Origin: Parcubacteria bacterium C7867-005
Lineage (GTDB): Bacteria > Patescibacteriota > Minisyncoccia > Phycocordibacterales > Zambryskibacteraceae
Direction: 5' to 3'
Assembly (NCBI GenBank): GCA_001189165.1
Contig: LFCO01000003.1
Coordinates: 1-48,768, forward strand
Length of the DNA: 48,768 bases
Below are positions 1 to 8,057 of this stretch, in pieces (positions within the stretch are counted from its first letter, which is position 1; every line of letters starts with the position of its first letter). The notes beneath the pieces are model-generated. The model saw nothing but the letters and a program-made list of their open reading frames with translations, had not been told where the DNA came from and ran no database searches. A program made the translations under genes and the position numbers.

Positions 1-2406
1 ACCGGTAGAGTCTACTTGTAAACAACCCAGTCCTGTACCTAGATAGAGGTTGCTTGTAGATGCAGTAGTAGAGAAGAGGCTCGTGGTGGTGGCGTTGGTT
101 CCTGTGGCGTTGGTGAAGGTAATACCAGAAGGCAGAACTGTAAATTGAGATGTTCCGGAACGTTTTACATCAAACAAGTTACCAGAGCCAGTTTGATTAA
201 TGGTAAGAGCTGTTTCTGAAGAAGAAACTGCTATAGTCGAGGTGGCATCTGACCTTACAAACTGTGATGAGTCATAACCGTTGAGTGTATAAGCCACCAT
301 CGCCGCAGGCACCGCACCCAGTGTTTTTCTTGGACTCATCTCCCCATCCCAAGATGGAGTTCCACCCGTACCACCGATTTCAACAGATAAATAAAGGGTG
401 TCATTAAAGTCTATTGCGGTAATCGGGGTAGTAGAACCGAGCATTACAGAAAACAGCCCAGAAGCAACTGTTACTCTGTTTGATCCGGTCAAAGTCTCGG
501 TCCAGATTGGCGAACCACCGCTTGCGACAGTGTATAGACTAAAGCGCATATTATAGTCTCCGCTTGGTACATCTACGTTGGTCGGCGTCACCAATCTTCC
601 TTGATAATTAAAATGCGGATTAAAACTAGCATTCCAAGTTGCTGCATTAACTCTTACAGTAAATGCAAACGAAATCACCACAAACATCGAGAGCAAAAGA
701 GTTGCCATCTTCCTAGATCTTAGATGAACGAAGACAAAAGCGACAATTGCAAGGAGGATAATAACCCCTGCAAGCATCATGAGAAATTTTGAATTTAAAT
801 AAGAAGGTGTTTGCATACCAAAATCTTTGACTGCCATAGACCCGTCAATTCTCTTCATCCCTTCGTTTTTGTAATCAATAATGTTTATCCTGACTCGATA
901 AAATCCACTTTGCTTTATGGCACCGACAGTAGATTCGAACCTTGTTTTGTCTTTATTTGCTCTTAGTATGAACGAGAATGATTTTGGATTTTCTTCGGTA
1001 GTTGTCAGGGTTACGGCAATAGTTTTTAGTGACTGTGGAACACGATAATATTTTAGAGCGATGGTTAAATTTTTATTTGCATCGACAGTCACCAAACCCC
1101 CGTCTTCAACTTTCAAGCTGTCACCGTTCTGTATAAATAGAAAATCTTTTATAAGCAAAGCATCGATCATCGGATCAACATTTGAAGAGTCCACAAGGCG
1201 ATCGAGCGGAGAAGATTTGTCTATGGTCTCACCGGGAACCAGAAGCTTTGAAGAAGCTATGACGCCTGAAGAAAAATTACCTGCTATATCCCTAGTGAAA
1301 ATCGTATAGTAGTAGTCCGTATCTGGTTTAACATCTGAATCTATATACAGAGAAATATCAGTAGCCTCAAAATCTTCAAATACAACATCGCCATCATCAA
1401 CTCCAAAAGGATAGAATGATTCCGAACGAACTATTCTAACACCAACAATACTTTCATCGTTTGGCAACAACCAAGACAAATTGAGAGATTCGTTCTTTGG
1501 GGTTATGTCGAACGAAGTGACATTCGCAGGCAACCTTAACATTGACGAAGAGAGTGTGTTGAACATTGTCCCTTCGTATACAGTCTCAGTATTCGTTGAA
1601 TCTATTAAAACAATTTTCAGATAATACGTGGTCCTTGGCTGTAAATCTTGAATTATAAAACTATGTGTTAAACCAGGAGAACTTTTTGATACAGAGCCCA
1701 TTGAATAAATATTATCCGTGCCCCAATATATTTTAGATGTAACAGAAAGAGATGTGTCAAAAGATATCAGAACATTTGTATAGTCTGGAACAACCGAAAA
1801 ATTATTGATCACTAGAGATTGGCCGAAACCACCCCTACGACCAGAAGATGACGGGGTATCCGTGGATGATGTAAGTGTTGTTGCTGTACTGGTAGATGAC
1901 CATAGTGATTCTGTCCCAACAGCATCAAAAGCAGAAACATTGTAAGAATACTCCGTATTTTCAGTCAAACCAGAATCAACAAACTCTCTAGGGAAAGAAG
2001 CTGTGGTGGTTATCAGAACACCGTCTCTATATATATAGTAACCCTCTACACCGAAGTTATCCCTTGATTCACCCCAAACAACCTCAATCCTGTCTGATGT
2101 GATGGGAGTGAGGCTTATAGATGACGGAGCGCTTGGGGGAGCAAAATACGCTTCAGAACTTTGATACCCCGCATCACCCAACGAGAAGTTCGTACTACTC
2201 GACCTACCGGTCGCAACTTCTCCTAAGGTGTCCTCGACACCGAAATTGGCAGACGTAGATAATCCCCCAGCAATATTTAAGCTATCTGACTGAATTTTAT
2301 AAACAGTTGAGGTCATGACCTCTTGTGCCAAAGAAATGTTTGGCAGCAACAAAACACACATAGTCAAAGCGCAGAAAACTTTCCTAAATGTATTATTTCT
2401 AATCAT
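1..2406 (-). CDS. Large secreted cell-surface protein, C-terminus beyond the window edge (signal peptide, FN3-like repeat region, internal two-helix membrane hairpin, second extracellular domain)
   Basis: Absent from the ORF track because no stop lies inside the window. Manual minus-strand translation from ATG 2406..2404 stays open to position 1 (about 800 codons). It starts MIRNNTFRKVFCALTMCVLLLPNISLAQE (signal-peptide-like) and contains FN3-like segments (SDRIEVVWGESRDNFGVEGYYIYRDG; YSYNVSAFDAVG). The ATG overlaps the stop of the upstream gene by 8 nt. Confidence 0.8.
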   Translation of the reverse strand, partial: MIRNNTFRKVFCALTMCVLLLPNISLAQEVMTSTVYKIQSDSLNIAGGLSTSANFGVEDTLGEVATGRSSSTNFSLGDAGYQSSEAYFAPPSAPSSISLTPITSDRIEVVWGESRDNFGVEGYYIYRDGVLITTTASFPREFVDSGLTENTEYSYNVSAFDAVGTESLWSSTSTATTLTSSTDTPSSSGRRGGFGQSLVINNFSVVPDYTNVLISFDTSLSVTSKIYWGTDNIYSMGSVSKSSPGLTHSFIIQDLQPRTTYYLKIVLIDSTNTETVYEGTMFNTLSSSMLRLPANVTSFDITPKNESLNLSWLLPNDESIVGVRIVRSESFYPFGVDDGDVVFEDFEATDISLYIDSDVKPDTDYYYTIFTRDIAGNFSSGVIASSKLLVPGETIDKSSPLDRLVDSSNVDPMIDALLIKDFLFIQNGDSLKVEDGGLVTVDANKNLTIALKYYRVPQSLKTIAVTLTTTEENPKSFSFILRANKDKTRFESTVGAIKQSGFYRVRINIIDYKNEGMKRIDGSMAVKDFGMQTPSYLNSKFLMMLAGVIILLAIVAFVFVHLRSRKMATLLLSMFVVISFAFTVRVNAATWNASFNPHFNYQGRLVTPTNVDVPSGDYNMRFSLYTVASGGSPIWTETLTGSNRVTVASGLFSVMLGSTTPITAIDFNDTLYLSVEIGGTGGTPSWDGEMSPRKTLGAVPAAMVAYTLNGYDSSQFVRSDATSTIAVSSSETALTINQTGSGNLFDVKRSGTSQFTVLPSGITFTNATGTNATTTSLFSTTASTSNLYLGTGLGCLQVDSTG

Positions 2407-3178
2407 TTTTTTCTTTTAACGGAACGAGAACAAAGGCGTAGTTTTCATCATTTTCAGATCTGAAAATAGGAGTGATAACACCTGAGCTTATATCTTCATC
2501 CAGATAAACATTAACCTCGTCAGAAAAAGATTTTTTGATTCTAGAGACGAGACCCGCATGATCACTCTCATCCTTCTCCACAACAAGACCAACCGTTTCT
2601 ACCTCACTCTTCTCTGTACTGTTTGCACCAATAACAGCTGCAACAAAACTCTTCTCAGAACTCTGCTCAGTACCAAATCCGATCGCCCTAGACAAACCAG
2701 AGGCAACATTTATAAAACTTTCTGACATATGTGGCAAAGTATAGTCAGCCCAGGAGACAACCATAATTGTCGAGAGTAGTGTCGCGGATACTCTGGCAGC
2801 TATTGCTCTAGTAATATTGACTCCTACTCTGGATTCTTTGCGCTTCAAAAGCTCGGGTAGCCGTGGTGCACTGTCCTTTTCATAAACGATTGTTGAATTG
2901 TTTATGGCATTAACAGTAGATTCATTGATCAAATTTTTTTCAGCATCTAACCTCGATTTACTCTTTTGATTTCTTAAGTTTTTATTTTTTCTACTTTTAG
3001 ATTTCGAGTGGAGAGTGATTGCATCTAGCTCTACATACCACGACCTACCGATCATTTTGCCCGGCAGCTGACCATTCCTAACGAGTGATCCAACGTAGTC
3101 CTGGGAATATCCAAAACTTTCAGCAGCTCGCCCAGCCGATATGTATCTCTTGTTGTCGAGAAAAAGATCTTTGTTCAT
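2399..3178 (-). CDS. HTH-domain protein with a central hydrophobic segment (possible membrane-anchored regulator)
   Basis: ORF track, 259 aa. N-terminus ISAGRAAESFGYSQDYVGSLVRNGQLPG...SWYV looks like an excisionase/MerR-type HTH. A basic linker follows, then the hydrophobic stretch ATLLSTIMVVSWA. Overlaps the surface-protein gene, consistent with one operon. Confidence 0.6.
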   Translation of the reverse strand: MNKDLFLDNKRYISAGRAAESFGYSQDYVGSLVRNGQLPGKMIGRSWYVELDAITLHSKSKSRKNKNLRNQKSKSRLDAEKNLINESTVNAINNSTIVYEKDSAPRLPELLKRKESRVGVNITRAIAARVSATLLSTIMVVSWADYTLPHMSESFINVASGLSRAIGFGTEQSSEKSFVAAVIGANSTEKSEVETVGLVVEKDESDHAGLVSRIKKSFSDEVNVYLDEDISSGVITPIFRSENDENYAFVLVPLKEKND

Positions 3179-3186
3179 TGCTATAA

Positions 3187-3192
3187 ATTATA
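3187..3192 (-). promoter_or_regulatory. -10 box TATAAT, 8 nt upstream of ATG 3178 (leaderless-type promoter)
   Basis: Minus strand reads TATAAT-ttatagca-ATG. No purine-rich SD lies in between. Confidence 0.55.
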
Positions 3193-3418
3193 GTTCTCAT
3201 TTCCTAAATAGCCTATGCATTTTTCAAATTTAAATGTGGACAACCACGGCTTAAAATATAGTTAGTTTTCAAAACTCAAAAATAATAATTTTGTTTTTTA
3301 AGTTAATAAATTCACTAGTTAGTAAGTCATGAGTCAACCAGATCTTATCAACATATAGATACTTTGATACTAATTACTAATGATGCTAATATTGTCTATA
3401 TAGGATTATTAATCTTTA

Positions 3419-3424
3419 TATAAG
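3419..3424 (+). promoter_or_regulatory. Candidate -10 box TATAAG, 8 nt upstream of ATG 3433
   Basis: Plus strand reads TATAAG-aatcactc-ATG. A weaker hexamer than the other cases. Confidence 0.35.
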
Positions 3425-3432
3425 AATCACTC

Positions 3433-3669
3433 ATGAAAGAAGTTTATTTTTCAATTAAGGAGGCAGCAGAAATACTTGGAGTAACTCCCCTTACCCTTAG
3501 GAACTGGGACAAGTCAGGTAAATTTAGAGCAAACCGTCACCCTATGAATAACTACAGGGTTTACAAATTATCTGCTTTAGAAAAAATTATTGAGGACATA
3601 GAGACAGGTACAACAAAGAGCAAGGCGGAAAAGGTTATCAAAAAGCTAATGATCAGACATCTGGAATAA
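3433..3669 (+). CDS. Small MerR/excisionase-type helix-turn-helix DNA-binding protein
   Basis: ORF track, 78 aa. FSIKEAAEILGVTPLTLRNWDKSGKF...YRVY is a typical HTH_17/MerR-like N-terminus. Confidence 0.7.
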   Translation: MKEVYFSIKEAAEILGVTPLTLRNWDKSGKFRANRHPMNNYRVYKLSALEKIIEDIETGTTKSKAEKVIKKLMIRHLE

Positions 3670-3681
3670 GCTATAAATAGC

Positions 3682-3712
3682 AAAAAAAGACACCCTTGGG
3701 TGTCTTTTTTTG
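3682..3712. terminator. Bidirectional intrinsic terminator between convergent genes
   Basis: aaaaaaAGACACCcttgGGTGTCTttttttt: a GC stem flanked by an A-run and a T-run, placed between the stop at 3669 (+) and the gatB stop at 3721 (-). Confidence 0.75.
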
Positions 3713-3720
3713 TTTATTGT

Positions 3721-5106
3721 TTATTTTAAAAGATCAATAAACATATCTCTTAATATTTGAGGGTTTCCACTACCTTTAGTGTGCTTCATCCCCTGACCAA
3801 TCAGGAACTGAAGAAGTGCGACGTTACCATCTTTATATCCGGAAACAATCTTTGGATTTTCTGCGATGATTAGTTCGACCACTTTTTTTAAATCATCGAT
3901 ATTATTTGTCTGTAAGAGATTCTCATCAGTAGCAATTTGTTTGGGATTACCGAGTTTGTTCTCTAGTCTCTTTAAAATAAATTTTGCATTAGTAGAAGAC
4001 AGAGATCCTTCAATAACCATTTGCATAACTTCAAAAATATTCTGAGCAGAAACATTTGCAGTGCCTGGATCAGTGATCAGATAGTTAGAAGCTAGTTTTA
4101 GTAGATTTTTATCAGACGTTAGTTTTTCTAGTTCGTCTATAGCTTGACTTCGGTCTATGTCTCTTGTGTAAACTTCTGATGCTTCCTCTGTCATACCCCA
4201 ATCCAAGTATCTCTTTCGCTTCCTCCACGGTAATTCAGGAAGGCCTCTACGAAGGGTGTCCTGATCAAATTCTGGTATCTCGCTTAAAAACATTTTGGGT
4301 AAATCTGGATCTGGAAAATATCTATAGTCATGAGAATCTTCTTTGACACGCTGTGAGTAAGTCACCTCTTTGCTTTCATCCCACCCCCTAGTCTCCTGAG
4401 CTACCTTGTTACCGCCCTCTAGTAATTCCGTTTGTCGTTTTATCTCAAACATAATTGCTTTCTCCACCGCCTTAAATGAGTTTAGATTTTTTACTTCAAC
4501 TTTCGTCCCAAACGTATCAGTATCGCTAACAGAGATATTGGCCTCCACCCTCATTTCACCCTTCTCCATATTTGCGTGACTTGCTCCAAGATGGGTAAGT
4601 AAAAGTTGGAGTTCTTTGGCAAATTTACTTGCGGTCTCTGCATCATGAATAACTGGCTCTGTGACTAGCTCCATCAGTGGCACGCCGGCTCGGTTGAAAT
4701 CAAGCAAGCTATAGTCACCAGTATCATGCGTAGATCGCGCTGTATCTTCCTCTAAATGAATTCTGGTTAAATCTACCCCCATCAAACTCCCCCCTCTTAC
4801 AAGTGGGTGTGCATACTGGCTAATCTGGTAACCCTTTGGTATATCCGGATAAAAATAGTTCTTACGGTCGAATTCTGTATAATCTGCAAGCTTACCGCCG
4901 ACAGAAACACCCAAAGAAAGTACCATTTTGATAGCTTCTTTGTTTAAGGTTGGCAAAGAGCCCGGATACCCGAGGCACACGGGGCATACATTTGTATTTG
5001 GGGATTGCTCTTCTGCATCATTCTTGGTTCGGCAAAACATCTTGGTAGCCGTACAAAGCTCGGCATGAATCTCAAGGCCTATAGTTGGGGTGTACTTTTT
5101 GCTCAT
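3721..5106 (-). CDS. gatB: Asp-tRNA(Asn)/Glu-tRNA(Gln) amidotransferase subunit B
   Basis: ORF track, 461 aa. Shows the GatB N-terminus TIGLEIHAEL...KMFC, then CPVCLGYPGSLP, DRKNYFYPDIPKGYQISQ and a C-terminal YqeY-like tail. Confidence 0.95.
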   Translation of the reverse strand: MSKKYTPTIGLEIHAELCTATKMFCRTKNDAEEQSPNTNVCPVCLGYPGSLPTLNKEAIKMVLSLGVSVGGKLADYTEFDRKNYFYPDIPKGYQISQYAHPLVRGGSLMGVDLTRIHLEEDTARSTHDTGDYSLLDFNRAGVPLMELVTEPVIHDAETASKFAKELQLLLTHLGASHANMEKGEMRVEANISVSDTDTFGTKVEVKNLNSFKAVEKAIMFEIKRQTELLEGGNKVAQETRGWDESKEVTYSQRVKEDSHDYRYFPDPDLPKMFLSEIPEFDQDTLRRGLPELPWRKRKRYLDWGMTEEASEVYTRDIDRSQAIDELEKLTSDKNLLKLASNYLITDPGTANVSAQNIFEVMQMVIEGSLSSTNAKFILKRLENKLGNPKQIATDENLLQTNNIDDLKKVVELIIAENPKIVSGYKDGNVALLQFLIGQGMKHTKGSGNPQILRDMFIDLLK

Positions 5107-5109
5107 GAG

Positions 5110-6075
5110 CTATTTAGAGATTCTGCTGGATAGATTGTCCTTAAAACTTTTTATAAGCTTGTCATCTATCACCGAAATCGGAAATACGTCATCGGAAACT
5201 GTTTTTAATGCCTTTATCTTTTCTTCTTGTTCTGCGGTACTGATCAAATCTACTTTGGTCAGAAGTATTATCTCTGGTTTACTGATTATATCTTTATTAT
5301 AGAGTTCTAACTCTTTCCTAACAACCCTGTATGCATCGAGAACATTTGTCTCTTCAGAAGAGATGCAATGGATGAGGCCCTTGGTGCGCTCAATGTGCCT
5401 AAGGAATTTATGCCCCAAACCCTTACCCTCTGCTGCCCCCTCGATCAATCCTGGTATATCACCAATAATGATGCCGTAGAGATCACCTAGAGACGGTTCA
5501 AGGGTGGTGAAAGGGAAGTCCCCAATCTTTGATCTAGCTCGTGTTATGGAATTAAGGAGACTTGATTTGCCAGCGTTTGGTAACCCTATGATTCCAAAAT
5601 CAACAACTAAAAGTACTTCTATATGAAAATCTGCTTCTTCACCCTCCTTACCTGGAGTATTTTCTGTCGGTCTGACATTTGTAGATGATTTAAAATGTTC
5701 ATTGCCCAAACCACCACGACCACCTGAAAGTAATTTAATACTCTGCCCATCCTCTACTAACTCAAAAACATGTCCGGTGGTCTGGTTTGTAATTCTTGAA
5801 CCGACGGGAAATTTAATATGAATATCTTCTCCGGCCCCACCCTGCCATGTGTTGTTCATACCCGCTTCACCGTCCCCCGCCTCAAAGTTTTTAACTTGCT
5901 TATAGGAAGACAGGACCCCTATATCACGTGCAGCAACAGCAAAAACATCGCCGCCCTTACCGCCGTTCCCCCCTGAAGGACCCCCATGATCCTTACCCTT
6001 TTCGTGAAGCCAGCGCTCAACCCCGTCACCGCCCTTACCAGCCTTCAAGTGTAGTGTTATGTCGTCTACGAACAT
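5110..6075 (-). CDS. obg: Obg-family GTPase (short form without a long C-terminal domain)
   Basis: ORF track, 321 aa. MFVDDITLHLKAGKGGDG... is the glycine-rich Obg fold. G1 is GLPNAGKSSLL, and DIPGLIEGA and TKVD are also present. Confidence 0.93.
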   Translation of the reverse strand: MFVDDITLHLKAGKGGDGVERWLHEKGKDHGGPSGGNGGKGGDVFAVAARDIGVLSSYKQVKNFEAGDGEAGMNNTWQGGAGEDIHIKFPVGSRITNQTTGHVFELVEDGQSIKLLSGGRGGLGNEHFKSSTNVRPTENTPGKEGEEADFHIEVLLVVDFGIIGLPNAGKSSLLNSITRARSKIGDFPFTTLEPSLGDLYGIIIGDIPGLIEGAAEGKGLGHKFLRHIERTKGLIHCISSEETNVLDAYRVVRKELELYNKDIISKPEIILLTKVDLISTAEQEEKIKALKTVSDDVFPISVIDDKLIKSFKDNLSSRISK

Positions 6076-6076
6076 T

Positions 6077-6949
6077 TTATGAGTTTAGTGCAATATGCGC
6101 CAATTTTATAGCCCCTTCTTTGCTTTTTGCTGCAATCAAGAAACGCTTGTTATGGCAAAAAACGGCATCCGCAATACCAGTGGACTCTACCAGAGATTCT
6201 CCGGTTTTCCCAGCCCAGTCTAGAGGAAGAGGTTTCCTCATATCAAAACCGTTTATGTTATCCCTCACCGCCCTTACTCCCCAATTACCCTCTTTCCTGG
6301 GGTAAACAACATACATGGGTTCTTTAATCTTAGACAGCACATTGCCCCAAGGAAGGTCTTCGTCGAGAACCACGATTCTTTTGTCATCCATACCATCAAC
6401 GATACTTTGAACTTTTTTCATGCCACCCACCACCTCTCTGGCTCTTATTATTTCTCTTTGCAACAAATCCTTGGCGACTGCCACTACAGTTAAAAATGTC
6501 TGAGATAAATACCCCTCATCAGACTTCGAATTATCTACATATGAATAGAGAAAGTCTCTGACACTAAATTCTCTAATTCCTTCAAATATAGATTCGGATA
6601 TATCAACGCCATTATCCAATGCATCTATTGGTGAAGCGAGTAACGAATCTATTATCTTCTTTTCCTCTATGCCCGATAGTTGTTCGCCATATTCTTTCCA
6701 AACCAAACCAAATGAAGCATATGGGATTCCGTTTGGACGAGAACCTGCGCCACCTGGCTGATGATGATCAAAGCGCATCTTTTTTGGATCATAAACACCG
6801 CCGACATCTACGACGATATCGCCGTTATTTATTATTTCTTCGTTTCTTGATCTGACGACCTCTGCATCAGAATAAACTAATAAGAGAGTGGCGACCGCAA
6901 AAACATCGTCAGCATGAAATGCTCCGCTATGCGTTATTATTGTCTTCAT
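6077..6949 (-). CDS. MYG1/UPF0160-family metal-dependent hydrolase
   Basis: ORF track, 290 aa. THSGAFHADDVFAV and FDHHQ motifs are typical of the MYG1 family. Confidence 0.8.
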   Translation of the reverse strand: MKTIITHSGAFHADDVFAVATLLLVYSDAEVVRSRNEEIINNGDIVVDVGGVYDPKKMRFDHHQPGGAGSRPNGIPYASFGLVWKEYGEQLSGIEEKKIIDSLLASPIDALDNGVDISESIFEGIREFSVRDFLYSYVDNSKSDEGYLSQTFLTVVAVAKDLLQREIIRAREVVGGMKKVQSIVDGMDDKRIVVLDEDLPWGNVLSKIKEPMYVVYPRKEGNWGVRAVRDNINGFDMRKPLPLDWAGKTGESLVESTGIADAVFCHNKRFLIAAKSKEGAIKLAHIALNS

Positions 6950-6950
6950 A

Positions 6951-7484
6951 TTAAATCCTTTGGTAAATTCTGTTTATCAGAGCAATGAGTAATAAGTATA
7001 CAGATATAGTCAGGGCCATTGTTGGTATTGTTATGTAGCTGAATTCATTAACAAACACCTTGGCGCACGCTGCTCCCTCGCTGGTGCAGGGCAAGATTGA
7101 GGTGGTCCCCCCCAATTGGATGTAGGTATGATAAAGAGCTGTGATAAAAACAAGGATGGATAGTGGCACTGAATACCTGAAAACAGATTCATCTTTATGG
7201 TATAGGGCCATAGCAAATAGAACAAATTGTGGGTAAATGAAGATCCTTTGCCACCAACACAGCTCGCATGGCTCGTACCCCACAAAACCAGAGTATAGTA
7301 AGCTACCGACTATGGCAGAGAGCACTGTAACCAAAGAAAATACGAGCGCATTTCTGCCGATAAAAGTGATGAGGCCCTTTCCCCAAGAGTTTCTTGAAAC
7401 CAAAGCGATCAACAACACGAAGAATACCAGATGAGAAAAGAGTGTGGCATATGAGATGACCGGGGTTATTATTTCTCTAAGCAT
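6951..7484 (-). CDS. Disulfide bond formation protein, DsbB/BdbC family
   Basis: ORF track, 177 aa, multi-TM. PCELCWWQRIFIYP closely matches the BdbC CxxC loop. A second Cys pair, PCTSEGAAC, lies in the later loop. Confidence 0.85.
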   Translation of the reverse strand: MLREIITPVISYATLFSHLVFFVLLIALVSRNSWGKGLITFIGRNALVFSLVTVLSAIVGSLLYSGFVGYEPCELCWWQRIFIYPQFVLFAMALYHKDESVFRYSVPLSILVFITALYHTYIQLGGTTSILPCTSEGAACAKVFVNEFSYITIPTMALTISVYLLLIALINRIYQRI

Positions 7485-8034
7485 CTGGCGGTAATGTACA
7501 AGCCGTAGTTTCAGCCAAGACCTCTAATGCTATCGTGCCACCAATACGCGCACCGGGTGCTATCGTCCATTTGTCGCCTTTTGCAACAGGGGCTGTGGGT
7601 GTATAAACAACCACAGGGCCTACAAGCCAAGATACTAGGTCTGGTTTATAACTATTCCTACAGGCCTGTGACCCATCATCTTTAGTACATTGATGAGGGG
7701 TCACTGAGCTCGTTAAGTCAAAGCTCTTTTGAAAATCCCAAGTAGGATAGCCGGTAATCTTCGCTGCTTCGCAAATCAAGTTCTGAGATTTACCATCTGG
7801 ATTAGAACATTCAACGTAAGGTAATAACTTCTGAGCCTTACCAAAGGCAGCTTTCTGTTCTTGGCAATGTGGACACCAAAAAGCACCGTAAAATGTGGCT
7901 CCGCTATCCTTTATACAAGTAGCAAATGAATCATACTTAGAGGCAACTTGCTTGCCTGGAGTTTTCACTAGCCACACCACACAAGCCACAAAAACAACCC
8001 CCACAATAAACCATATCAATGTATTTCTTTTCAT
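7477..8034 (-). CDS. Membrane-anchored thioredoxin-fold protein (CPHC active site), probable DsbA/BdbD-like partner
   Basis: The track ORF starts at a TTG (8049). I prefer the in-frame ATG 8034 (MKRNTLIWFIVGVVFVACVVW, an N-terminal anchor) because TATAAT lies 6 nt upstream. The FYGAFWCPHCQEQK motif is present. Confidence 0.8.
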   Translation of the reverse strand: MKRNTLIWFIVGVVFVACVVWLVKTPGKQVASKYDSFATCIKDSGATFYGAFWCPHCQEQKAAFGKAQKLLPYVECSNPDGKSQNLICEAAKITGYPTWDFQKSFDLTSSVTPHQCTKDDGSQACRNSYKPDLVSWLVGPVVVYTPTAPVAKGDKWTIAPGARIGGTIALEVLAETTACTLPPDA

Positions 8035-8040
8035 GGGCGT

Positions 8041-8046
8041 ATTATA
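8041..8046 (-). promoter_or_regulatory. -10 box TATAAT, 6 nt upstream of ATG 8034 (leaderless-type)
   Basis: Minus strand reads TATAAT-acgccc-ATG. Confidence 0.55.
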
Positions 8047-8057
8047 CAAGATTTGTT

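Noticed and set aside
1061-1309. 82-aa plus-strand ORF from the track
   Set aside because: It lies antisense inside the long open minus-strand frame (1-2406), which has a coherent signal peptide and FN3-like sequence. The plus-strand product is low-complexity and has no start signals.
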